The translations under genes were made by a program, and so were the position numbers. The notes below the pieces were generated by a model. It searched no databases, was not told where the DNA came from, and saw only the letters and a program-made list of their open reading frames with translations. This document shows positions 24,522 to 33,259 of a DNA stretch of 64,000 bases, one piece after another. Origin of the DNA: an uncultured Acidobacteriota bacterium (lineage in GTDB: Bacteria; Acidobacteriota; Thermoanaerobaculia; Thermoanaerobaculales; Sulfomarinibacteraceae); the NCBI GenBank assembly GCA_963712805.1, contig CAVQJV010000036.1:111219-175218 (forward strand). The letters run 5' to 3'. How positions within the stretch are numbered: the stretch's first letter is position 1; every line of letters begins with the position of its first letter.

Positions 24522-25811
24522 ATGCGCGTCCTCGTTCTCGGATCGGGTGCCCGCGAACACGCGATTGTCCACATCATGGCGAGGGCGCCATCGGTCGATC
24601 GCCTCTTTGCCGCACCGGGCAACCCGGGGATGGCGGGCGATGCAGATCTCCTCGATCTCGATCTGGCGGATCTCGACGGGCTGGCCGATGCCGCCGCCGA
24701 GTTCAACGTCGATCTCACCGTCGTCGGGCCCGAGGTGCCTTTGGCCGACGGCATCGGTGATGTCTTCGCCCGGCGCGGGTTGCTGCTTTTCGGCCCGTTG
24801 GCCGCCGCCGCCGAGCTCGAGGCGAGCAAGGTCTTCGCCAAGGAGTTCTGTTTTCGTCACGGCATCCCGACAGCCGCAGCGGAAATCGTCCAAACCGCCG
24901 AGGACGCCGCGCGTGCAGCGCGGGGTTTCGGGTTCCCGGTGGTTCTCAAGGCCGATGGACTCGCCGCCGGCAAAGGGGTTCTGATTGTCCGATCCGAGGA
25001 TGAACTCGAGGCCGCTCTCGATGATCTCTTCGTCAGCCGCCGATTCGGCGCCGCGTCCGATCGAGTGCTCGTTGAGGAGTGCCTCGAGGGACCCGAGGTC
25101 TCCTTCATGGTGATCAGCGATGGAGCGAGGACCGAGAGCATTGCGACCTCACACGACTACAAGAGGGTCGGTGATGGCGACTCCGGTCCGAATACCGGTG
25201 GGATGGGTTCCCATTCGCCCGCCTTCGCCCTTGATGACGAACTCCGTGAGGAGATCCTGAAAACGGTCATCCGGCCCACCATCGCAGGAATGGCGGCCGA
25301 GGGTCGCGAGTATCGCGGCATTCTCTACGCCGGGCTGATGCTCACCACCGACGGACCCAAGGTGCTCGAGTTCAATTGTCGTCTCGGTGATCCGGAGACC
25401 CAGTCGGTGCTCCGACGATTCGACGGCGACCTCGCCGCGGTCTTCGCCGATGCCGCGCGCGGCCGGCTCGAGCCGGGATGCATGGGATGGAAAGACGAGG
25501 TTGCCGCCTGTGTCGTCATCGCCGCCGAAGACTATCCAGGCAGCCCTCGGATCGGCGATGAAATATCCGGACTCGACGCCGCCGAGGCGCTCCCCGGCGT
25601 GGTGGTCTTCCACGCGGGCACCAAAAAGGACGGAGATCGGCTGCTCACCGCAGGCGGCCGGGTCCTCTCGGTGACGGCCACCGGTCCGACCCTCGCCGAC
25701 GCCATCGATCTCGCCTACCGCGGGGTTCGGCGTATCGGTATCAGGGGAGCGCATTTCAGATTCGATATTGGAGCCGATACTCTGGCGATGAGGGAGCGAT
25801 CACATGCCTGA
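24522..25811 (+). CDS. purD: Phosphoribosylamine-glycine ligase
   Basis: MRVLVLGSGAREHA, ATP-grasp region, EFNCRLGDPETQ. Confidence 0.95.
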   Translation: MRVLVLGSGAREHAIVHIMARAPSVDRLFAAPGNPGMAGDADLLDLDLADLDGLADAAAEFNVDLTVVGPEVPLADGIGDVFARRGLLLFGPLAAAAELEASKVFAKEFCFRHGIPTAAAEIVQTAEDAARAARGFGFPVVLKADGLAAGKGVLIVRSEDELEAALDDLFVSRRFGAASDRVLVEECLEGPEVSFMVISDGARTESIATSHDYKRVGDGDSGPNTGGMGSHSPAFALDDELREEILKTVIRPTIAGMAAEGREYRGILYAGLMLTTDGPKVLEFNCRLGDPETQSVLRRFDGDLAAVFADAARGRLEPGCMGWKDEVAACVVIAAEDYPGSPRIGDEISGLDAAEALPGVVVFHAGTKKDGDRLLTAGGRVLSVTATGPTLADAIDLAYRGVRRIGIRGAHFRFDIGADTLAMRERSHA

Positions 25812-26325
25812 TCTCGATGTTCTCATGTTGATGGGCTCGGCGAGCGACTGGAAGTACCTCCAGGGCGCCGTTGCGGTCTTGAACGATCTCGGACTCTCCT
25901 CGCGGGTCAAGGTCTCTTCCGCCCATCGTACCCCCGAGCGAACCCTCGAGCTGGTTCGACAGGCCGAAGCCGACGGGTGCCGGGTCATGATCTGCGCCGC
26001 CGGGATGGCGGCGCACCTCGCCGGGGTGGTCGCCGGCCATACGATCCGGCCGGTGTTGGGCGTGCCCCTGCCCGGTGGTGTCCTCGATGGGGTCGACGCC
26101 CTCCTCTCGACGGTGCAGATGCCCGGCGGGATACCGGTGGCGACCTTTGCCGTGGGTTCGGCAGGGGCCAAGAATGCCGCCTTCTTTGCTGCCCAGATCG
26201 TGGCTGGGGAGCGACCCGACGTCGCCCGAGCCCTCGCCGAGGCGCGTCGGGCGGGCGCCGAGGGCGTGGCCAGCGCCGACGCGCGAATTCAAACCGAACT
26301 CGATGAGAAAGGGACGACTCAGTGA
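25804..26325 (+). CDS. purE: N5-carboxyaminoimidazole ribonucleotide mutase
   Basis: MGSASDW, SAHRTP and AGMAAHLAGV are canonical PurE. Overlaps the purD end. Confidence 0.95.
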   Translation: MPDLDVLMLMGSASDWKYLQGAVAVLNDLGLSSRVKVSSAHRTPERTLELVRQAEADGCRVMICAAGMAAHLAGVVAGHTIRPVLGVPLPGGVLDGVDALLSTVQMPGGIPVATFAVGSAGAKNAAFFAAQIVAGERPDVARALAEARRAGAEGVASADARIQTELDEKGTTQ

Positions 26326-27023
26326 CATCTTCCTTTGCCGAAATGCAGGTCACGCCGCGGGTCGAGGATCTGGTCCCCGTGATCATCGATACCGAACTCC
26401 CTGCGATGCCCTGCCGAACCGGCACGCTCGAAGTTCGCCACGACTCGCACTACCTCGTGGAAACCCCGGACGGGCAGTTTCTCGGGCGGGTGAGCCTCTT
26501 TGCGCTGCCGGTATTCAGAAAACGCTCCGGACCGATGGGTCGGGTTATTCGACTGGCCTCGGATGAAGACCAGAAGCGGAGCGAGGACACCCATCACATC
26601 GAGCGTGAGATCGAGGGATTTCTTCGCCGCCGGACCCGCGAGCTCGGGCTTGACATGCGGGGTATCAAGGCCCGGTTGCCCTTGACCGGCCGCAAAGCCG
26701 TGATTTACTTCACCGCCGAGAGGCGGCTCGATTTTCGGCCCGTCCTGCGCGAACTCGGTCGCCGGTATCGCCGACGGGTGGAGATGCGGCCCCTCGGGGT
26801 CCGTGACGGCGCGCGGATCTGCGGTGGTCTCGGTCCGTGCGGGCGTTGCCTGTGTTGCTCCACTTTTATGGACAGGTTCCACTCGGTGACGGTTCGGATG
26901 GCGAAACGGCAACACCTCAGCCTCAACCCGACAAAGATTTCCGGTCTCTGTGGACGACTGATGTGCTGTCTGGCCCACGAGGTCGATCAATATCCCGATG
27001 TCGGAAAGCGGTCGCGGAACTAA
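26322..27023 (+). CDS. PSP1 C-terminal domain protein (YaaT/RicT-like)
   Basis: AVIYFTAERRLDFRPVLRELGRRYRRRVEMRPLGVRD and the Cys-rich motifs GLGPCGRCLCC and CGRLMCCL. Confidence 0.8.
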   Translation: MTSSFAEMQVTPRVEDLVPVIIDTELPAMPCRTGTLEVRHDSHYLVETPDGQFLGRVSLFALPVFRKRSGPMGRVIRLASDEDQKRSEDTHHIEREIEGFLRRRTRELGLDMRGIKARLPLTGRKAVIYFTAERRLDFRPVLRELGRRYRRRVEMRPLGVRDGARICGGLGPCGRCLCCSTFMDRFHSVTVRMAKRQHLSLNPTKISGLCGRLMCCLAHEVDQYPDVGKRSRN

Positions 27024-27165
27024 CAACCCGAGGCCCCTCCCGGTTCTGCCGTCAGAACACCACGAGACAGGGTGCCATGGTTTTGTTACCCTTGATGCAC
27101 AATTCCCCTACTTCATGCATCCGGGTCTCCCCTCCCGCCGAGCATGGGGTGCTAGGAGCGATCAA

Positions 27166-27507
27166 ATGTCCGACCGCAAACTCATCCGTCCATCGATGAC
27201 CGAGATGATGGACAGATTTCCGACCCGAGGCACGACCGGCAGACGAAAGCAGGTGCCGGCCGAGCAGACCAACGCCGAGAGCTTCTACTACCTCAAACAG
27301 ATGCAGGGTCGAACGACCATGGTGGTGGTCCTCACCGACGGGACCGAACTCGTCGGGTGGATCGAGTGGTATGACAAAAGCTGTCTCAAGCTGAACCGCG
27401 ATAAGGCGCCGAACCTCCTCATCTTCAAACACTCGATCAAGTTCATGTTCAAGGAGGAGGAACTCCACCAGCGCCGCCGTCGTCGGCCGGCCGAGACGAG
27501 CCGATAA
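27166..27507 (+). CDS. Hfq-like Sm-fold RNA-binding protein with N- and C-terminal extensions
   Basis: FYYLKQMQGRTTMVVVLTDGTELVGWIEWYDKSCLKLNRDKAPNLLIFKHSIKFM aligns position by position with the Hfq Sm1/Sm2 pattern (V.V.L..G..L.G.I...D; YKHAI here reads FKHSI). AGGAG lies 8 nt upstream of the ATG. The C-terminal tail is Arg-rich. Confidence 0.6.
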   Translation: MSDRKLIRPSMTEMMDRFPTRGTTGRRKQVPAEQTNAESFYYLKQMQGRTTMVVVLTDGTELVGWIEWYDKSCLKLNRDKAPNLLIFKHSIKFMFKEEELHQRRRRRPAETSR

Positions 27508-27524
27508 GACCGGCGATTAACCCC

Positions 27525-28154
27525 CTACCGCGACCCGTGCAAGACCTGTTCGATACGGCTGATGACGAAATCCAGCGCGACGGTGTTGAAGCCACCCTCG
27601 GGGATGATGAGGTCCGCGTATCGCTTGGAGGGCTCGACAAATTCGAGGTGCATCGGGCGGACGCTCTCGCACCACTGGTCCATCACCGATTGCACGGTTC
27701 TCCCGCGTTGGGAGAGATCACGCCGCAACCGGCGGATCAGCCGGATATCCGAGTCGGTATCGACAAAGAGCTTGACATCGATGAGTTTCCGAACGGCGGC
27801 GACGGCCAATATCAGGATGCCCTCGAGCAACACCACCGGACGCGGCTCGACCACCTGGACCTCGTCGGTGCGGACGTGATTTGCGAAATCGTACACGGGT
27901 AGCGGGGCCGGCCGACCGGAGGTGAGGAGATCGAGATGGGCGACCAACAGCGTCTCCTCGATGGCATCCGGGTGATCGAAATTGTGCCGGACGCGGCGCT
28001 CGACATCGATGTGGGAGAGATCCCGATAGTAGCGATCCTGATGAACCGAGACGATCCTGTCGGCGCCGACGCGGCGGACGATCTCATCAGCCACCGTGGT
28101 CTTCCCGGAACCGGTGCCGCCGGCAACTCCGATCACGAGAGGTGAGATGGTCAT
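27525..28154 (-). CDS. udk: Uridine kinase
   Basis: IGVAGGTGSGKTT, NFDHPDA, VLLEGIL, FVDTDSDIRLIRRLRRD. Confidence 0.93.
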   Translation of the reverse strand: MTISPLVIGVAGGTGSGKTTVADEIVRRVGADRIVSVHQDRYYRDLSHIDVERRVRHNFDHPDAIEETLLVAHLDLLTSGRPAPLPVYDFANHVRTDEVQVVEPRPVVLLEGILILAVAAVRKLIDVKLFVDTDSDIRLIRRLRRDLSQRGRTVQSVMDQWCESVRPMHLEFVEPSKRYADLIIPEGGFNTVALDFVISRIEQVLHGSR

Positions 28155-28166
28155 GGCCTTCGGCCG

Positions 28167-29111
28167 TCAGAGGTACTTGATCGTCTCGGCTGCGGTGGTT
28201 GCATCCGGGCCGTCGGGAGCGACCACCAGGTATTTCTCGAACTGGGCCTTGGCCCCTTCGAGGTCACCGGTGCGCAGCAGCAGCATGCCGTACTCGAAGA
28301 GACATTTCGCGAACTCCGGATCGACGGCGAGGCACTGCTCGAGGTAGGGACGTGCGGCCTCGTCATCCATCTTGTTGAGAAAACCGGCAGCCTGGTTGAA
28401 GAGGGTTGCCGGGTCATCCGGATTGAGCCCCTGATACTGTTCGAGATACGCGGCTTGAGCCTCGCTGTCGCCGACCATGCCGGCCGCGTTGGATGCCACT
28501 GCGAGGCATTTTTGCGACTCGTCGTCCTCCTCGAGACAGCGCCGCGCGGTCGCCAGAGCGAGCTCGGCGTCACCAGAGTTGAAATCGATGCCAGCCATGA
28601 TCTCGAGCGCCTCGATCAGATCGGGCATCGCCACGAGGGCGTCTTCGAGTCGGGCGCGGCCCTCGGCGGTCTTGCCCGCCTCGAGCAGCTCCTGCGCCTC
28701 GCCGAACTCCTTGTATCCCGGTTGCTCCATCACTTCCTGCTGCCGTGCCTTCGAGATCTCCTCCGGTGTCGACAATTCGAAGGTGAACTCGTTGTCGGTG
28801 GTACCGACAGCGACCTTGATCTCCTCCTTGTAGTCGAGGAAACCCGGAGCGGTCACGAAGAAGAGATAGCTGTTCGTGGCATCGAGGATGAGGACCTTGA
28901 ACCGGCCGTCATTGTCGGTCTCGAGGACTTTGTTGTACTTGGGGAGGGCTTCGCAGGTGATCGTGATCGTCGCCCCGGCGACGGGCTCGCCATCGGTTCC
29001 GACAACGGAGCCCCCGATGCGGGCCTGGGGCCCCGCGATGGCGGACCCGATGCCCATGACCATGGTGAGAACAGCCACGAGGGCGAGGGGTACGGTGATG
29101 TGATGGCGCAT
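28167..29111 (-). CDS. Secreted protein: carboxypeptidase-regulatory-like beta-sandwich plus TPR repeats
   Basis: Signal peptide (MRHHITVPLALVAVLTMVMGIGSAIA), CarboxypepD_reg-like GSVVGTDGEPVAGATITI..TDNDGRFKV, then TPR-like helical repeats. Confidence 0.7.
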   Translation of the reverse strand: MRHHITVPLALVAVLTMVMGIGSAIAGPQARIGGSVVGTDGEPVAGATITITCEALPKYNKVLETDNDGRFKVLILDATNSYLFFVTAPGFLDYKEEIKVAVGTTDNEFTFELSTPEEISKARQQEVMEQPGYKEFGEAQELLEAGKTAEGRARLEDALVAMPDLIEALEIMAGIDFNSGDAELALATARRCLEEDDESQKCLAVASNAAGMVGDSEAQAAYLEQYQGLNPDDPATLFNQAAGFLNKMDDEAARPYLEQCLAVDPEFAKCLFEYGMLLLRTGDLEGAKAQFEKYLVVAPDGPDATTAAETIKYL

Positions 29112-29165
29112 TTGAGACCTCCAAGCCGCCGGTCGGACTCAGGATACTCGCATTCCCGGCAGGGC

Positions 29166-30071
29166 TCAACGTGGCCCCAACCCGAGCATGGCGCGAGTCA
29201 CGTGGTGAGCGACGGTGGGGTTTTCCCGCAGGCGGCGCATGGAGTAGGGATACCAGTCGCGACCGAAAGGAACATAGACCCGCAGCCGGTGTCCCCTGTC
29301 GAGGATCATCCGGCGAAGCTCGGGATCGACCCCGAGGAGCATCTGGAACTCGTACTGCGACGGCTCGAGTCCGAGGCGGTCCACGGCGGTCATCCCCGCC
29401 CAGACCAGGTGGGCGTCGTGGGTGGCAATTCCGACATAGGCGCCGCCGCCGATGAGCTTTTCCATCGTCGAGATGAAATTGGCGCGGACGGTCTCGTACT
29501 GCTTCCATGCAATGGACCGCGGCTCGCGGTAGATCCCCTTGCACAGTCGAATATTCGGTTTGAGCGGCAGGAGGTCATTGATGTCTTCGACGGTCCGGTG
29601 AAGATAGGCCTGGAGCACGACACCGACATGGCCGACCTCGGAATGGAGCCGACGGTAGATCTCGAGGGTCGCATCGGTGCAGGTGTGATCCTCCATATCG
29701 ATGCGGACGAAGTTGTCGAGTCTGGCCGCGCTCTCGACGATGGTTTTGATGTTCGCGTAACACATGGTCGTATCGATCTTGAGACCGAGCATGGTCGGTT
29801 TGATGGAGACGTTGGCCTCGACCTTCTCGCGATCGATGGTCTCCAGGAGTTCGAGGTACTGTGCGACGGCCGCCTCGGCCCTGCCCGGTTCGTGGACCTC
29901 CTCTCCGAGGACGTCCACCGTCGCCATGGCCCCCTCGGTGTTGAGTTCCCGGATGGCGTTCATGGCATCGGAAATCTCTTCACCCGCGACATAGCGCTGC
30001 GAGACCTTCCTGACGATGGGTTTGGGCACAAAGGGCATTCCGTGTCGGATCAACTGGTCGAAAAGCGTCAT
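29166..30071 (-). CDS. Proline dehydrogenase (monofunctional PutA-like)
   Basis: VSIKPTMLG, VRIDMEDH, LQAYL, CKGIY, IATHD and YVPFG match the proline dehydrogenase family. The ATG at 30071 overlaps the comF stop (TGATG). Confidence 0.85.
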   Translation of the reverse strand: MTLFDQLIRHGMPFVPKPIVRKVSQRYVAGEEISDAMNAIRELNTEGAMATVDVLGEEVHEPGRAEAAVAQYLELLETIDREKVEANVSIKPTMLGLKIDTTMCYANIKTIVESAARLDNFVRIDMEDHTCTDATLEIYRRLHSEVGHVGVVLQAYLHRTVEDINDLLPLKPNIRLCKGIYREPRSIAWKQYETVRANFISTMEKLIGGGAYVGIATHDAHLVWAGMTAVDRLGLEPSQYEFQMLLGVDPELRRMILDRGHRLRVYVPFGRDWYPYSMRRLRENPTVAHHVTRAMLGLGPR

Positions 30072-30808
30072 CACATTCTCCTGGAATCGGTTGCATGGGC
30101 GATGGTTGCGCAGAATACGGCTTCGGCCCCGGCCGAGAGCAGACTGTCGGCGGCGCGGTGCAGGGTTGTTCCGGTGGTGCAGACGTCGTCGATGAGTAGT
30201 ACGCGGTGGCCCCGCAGCCTCCGGTTTGATGAGAAGCTGCCCCGAGGCAACTGCTTTCGCTGAGCGCGGGTGCGTCCCGCCTGACGGCGAAGACCATGGC
30301 GTCGCAGAACGCGGGTGACGGGTCGATCGACAGCCCGTCCCACCTCGTCGCTGATGAGACGGGCCGCGCTCGATCCTCGGCGAAAACGACGGATGTCGTG
30401 GGACGGGATCGAGGTGACCATGGTGATCTCGTCGAACCAAGTCGCGACGGCGATCCGGGCCGCCAGACGACGGCCCAGCGGCCGCGCGATCTCATCGTGG
30501 CCTCGGTGTTTGAGGGCAAGGACCGCGAGTCGAAGAACCCCGTCGTACTCGCCCCACAACACGGTGGCGGACTGCGGTGGAGGCGAGGCGACGCATTCGA
30601 GGCAGGGTTGACTGTCGCTGTCAGCGGGGACGCCACAGCGCGGACAGCACGGTCCGGAGATGGGATGAAGGCGGCTGCGGCACGAGCCGCACAGGCCGCG
30701 GTCCTCTCCGGCGAGCACATCCTCACATGCCACGCACAGAGCCGGCAGCAGAATCCCTTTAAGGGCAGCCCTCACAGCGACTCGCACGGGCCCAATCCTA
30801 GCCCGCAT
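30071..30808 (-). CDS. comF: ComF family protein / amidophosphoribosyltransferase-like
   Basis: N-terminal Cys pairs (CVACED..CGSC, CPRCG..CLEC) and PRTase motif VLLIDDVCTTGTT. Confidence 0.8.
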   Translation of the reverse strand: MRARIGPVRVAVRAALKGILLPALCVACEDVLAGEDRGLCGSCRSRLHPISGPCCPRCGVPADSDSQPCLECVASPPPQSATVLWGEYDGVLRLAVLALKHRGHDEIARPLGRRLAARIAVATWFDEITMVTSIPSHDIRRFRRGSSAARLISDEVGRAVDRPVTRVLRRHGLRRQAGRTRAQRKQLPRGSFSSNRRLRGHRVLLIDDVCTTGTTLHRAADSLLSAGAEAVFCATIAHATDSRRM

Positions 30809-30847
30809 CCGGTCTCAGGACAAGACTGTTCGGTAGACTGTTCGACC

Positions 30848-31327
30848 ATGCGTGTGGCTGCCGACACGCTGTTTGAAATCGGGGATGAACGCCTCGCGCT
30901 ATACTCGGTTGATGCGATTTCACTGCCACCCATTGCGGGGGAACTGATGCCCCATCTCGTGCTCCGTGGAGCTGTTGATTTTCATCGAGCCGGGACCGAG
31001 CTCGATCTCGGCGTCATCCGCTGGGGCCGGGCGGTCATCAAGACCAGCGACGTCTGGAAGCGCTCGGATGGCGAGGCCCTGCTCGCCGACGGAGTGGTCG
31101 TGGAGCTGGGTCGGCCTCTTCATCCGGTCGCTCTGGTCGCTGGCCGGGATGGGGACACGGTCGTCAGATTGTGGCCGGTGGTCGAGGTCGAACGGACCCC
31201 GGCGGTCCAGCATTGGCTCGGAGCCATTGCCCGCAGCCTCCAGGCTCTGGGTTGCGGGCCGGTGCGGACGACCAATATCGGCGGCGAGATTCTCAAAGGT
31301 CTCGATCTCGATCTCGATCTCGACTGA
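30848..31327 (+). CDS. Hypothetical protein, 159 aa, with C-terminal LDLDLDLD tail
   Basis: ORF in the sense-like frame with no recognisable motifs. The tail is encoded by a CTCGAT hexamer repeat (31300-31324). Confidence 0.4.
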   Translation: MRVAADTLFEIGDERLALYSVDAISLPPIAGELMPHLVLRGAVDFHRAGTELDLGVIRWGRAVIKTSDVWKRSDGEALLADGVVVELGRPLHPVALVAGRDGDTVVRLWPVVEVERTPAVQHWLGAIARSLQALGCGPVRTTNIGGEILKGLDLDLDLD

Positions 31328-31470
31328 GTCCGAACCTCGCACTGCCGAACAAGCCACACCGCCAACTCGGATGGTAATCAGCCCTATCGCAACCGACGGC
31401 GGACTCCGGACAGGTGAGTTCTGCGATGGGCTGACGGCTGAAAGCCGAGAGCTCGGGGCGATGCCCCGGC

Positions 31471-32022
31471 CTACGGACCGATCTCCTCTTCGATCTCGAG
31501 CAGCTTTTCCTTCTGGGCGGCTTCGAGGTTGTTGATCTGGTCCTGGACGCCTTCGGTGACGAGGCCGCTCGGAGCGGTGGTGCCTTCGCCCCCGGCGGTG
31601 ATCGTGAGGGCGTGACGCGCCTTATCGAGTTCGTATTGGGCCTTGCGAAGGCTTGCCGACGATGGCCTGACCGCGTAACCGCGGAGTTCGCCGGTGGCGG
31701 AGCGGATGGCGACCGAGGCGTGCAGCTCGGGACTCGGTGAGGCGGCCCCGGCGGCCCAACTCGCGGCGGTCGATGAGATGGTTTTGAGGTCCTCAAGGTG
31801 GTTTGGGATCGAGTCGGGGTCTGCGCTGAGGCCCTCGAGAAGGGTGATGAGTTCGAAGGCGCGTTCCCGGTCGAAGCTCGATCTCTCGACCCCCTCCTCC
31901 CGGAGTTCGGTGGCGATGACGGCGAGAGCATCGCGTTTGGCGGTGACGTCTCGGCTCTGGAGAAAGACGACAACCGCCATGGAGATCACGACAACCAGGA
32001 TGAGTATTCCGGAGATCCGCAT
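31471..32022 (-). CDS. Hypothetical membrane-anchored coiled-coil protein
   Basis: N-terminal TM MRISGILILVVVISMAVVVFL followed by helical, charged sequence. The start is uncertain (the track ORF extends to 32133). Confidence 0.45.
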   Translation of the reverse strand: MRISGILILVVVISMAVVVFLQSRDVTAKRDALAVIATELREEGVERSSFDRERAFELITLLEGLSADPDSIPNHLEDLKTISSTAASWAAGAASPSPELHASVAIRSATGELRGYAVRPSSASLRKAQYELDKARHALTITAGGEGTTAPSGLVTEGVQDQINNLEAAQKEKLLEIEEEIGP

Positions 32023-32165
32023 GATCCGAGTATAGGGCCGCCGGCGCCGCTGGGAGTGTCTGGGGTCAGGGCGTCCACTTCCGAGGACGTTCTCGCCGGG
32101 GTCGGATGGTCGGGAGGGGCTCCGGGTTGGCACGGAGATTGCGCCCTTTCGGACTGGAGGTCGTC

Positions 32166-33053
32166 ATGACTCGGATCAAGATTCTGTTGCGCACCCTCGC
32201 CCTTTTCTCCATCGCTGCCGTCGCCCCACCGGCGGCCGCCCAGCTCTCGCTGCAGTGGATCGTGCCCGCAGCGGCGAACACCGCGGGGCTCAATGGGACT
32301 TATTGGCATACCGATTTGTCGGTTCACAATCCCCACTCATTCGAGCTTCCGGTGATCCTTCAGTTTCTCCCGAGCAATACTGACAACCGGCAGGCCGATA
32401 CTCTGTATCTCACCATCGAGCCGTGGGCGACGTTCAATCTGTGGGATGTTCTCGGAGCGGACTATTTCGCCATCGATGGAACAGGCGCGATCCTCGTTTT
32501 CGCGGATTGGGAGCTGCCGTGTGATCCCGCGGAGGACTGCGACTTTTTGGTCACATCCCGGACCTACACCCTTGACCCCGGTGGCGCAAGCGGTGAGTAC
32601 GGCCAGACCATCCCCGGATCGAGCACCTGGGTCGGGATCGATTGGAGCACGCTCGGCTATGCCGCCGGCATCCTCAACGACGGTCTGAACTTCAGGACGA
32701 ATATCGGGATCGCATCGTGGAGTGCGGACTGGACATCGGTTGTGGTGGATGTTCAAGACACCGACGGAGCCATCCTCGAGAGCCTGACCATGGACGTGCC
32801 GCCCTTCGGTCACATCCAGCAGCGGCTTTTGACCACTCTCGAAGGGGGCTCTCTGGTTTTCTGGCTCGAGGATGGACCGGATGATGCGCTCGTTTTCGGA
32901 TACTCGTCGGTCGTCGACGAGACCACCGGTGATGCCAGCTTCCAACTGGCTCAGCCTTCCACCGTGGGTTTTGATCTCGACGAAGGTCAGCCAGAACGTC
33001 GGTCTTCGCCGTTCGAGCCCCGCCGTCGACATCTCCCGTGGGGGACCGCGTGA
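32166..33053 (+). CDS. Secreted hypothetical protein
   Basis: GGAGG 5 nt upstream. Signal peptide MTRIKILLRTLALFSIAAVAPPAAAQ. The remainder looks beta-rich with no recognised catalytic motif. Confidence 0.6.
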   Translation: MTRIKILLRTLALFSIAAVAPPAAAQLSLQWIVPAAANTAGLNGTYWHTDLSVHNPHSFELPVILQFLPSNTDNRQADTLYLTIEPWATFNLWDVLGADYFAIDGTGAILVFADWELPCDPAEDCDFLVTSRTYTLDPGGASGEYGQTIPGSSTWVGIDWSTLGYAAGILNDGLNFRTNIGIASWSADWTSVVVDVQDTDGAILESLTMDVPPFGHIQQRLLTTLEGGSLVFWLEDGPDDALVFGYSSVVDETTGDASFQLAQPSTVGFDLDEGQPERRSSPFEPRRRHLPWGTA

Positions 33054-33259
33054 GATCGATGGCGGTATCGGTGGGGTCCGCCTCCGCTGACGAGTCCGGG
33101 TTGGATGAGTGGCGCGATGGTCGCTGCAGGCTACAATGGCGACTGGGTTGATCTCGGTGGTGAATCGAGACAACCAATGTCGATGAATACACCCAATCGA
33201 GCGGGTACCGCGGTTGAGTCCTTCGGCTCAACCGGCATCCGCGGTCGGCCGGAGGGCTG

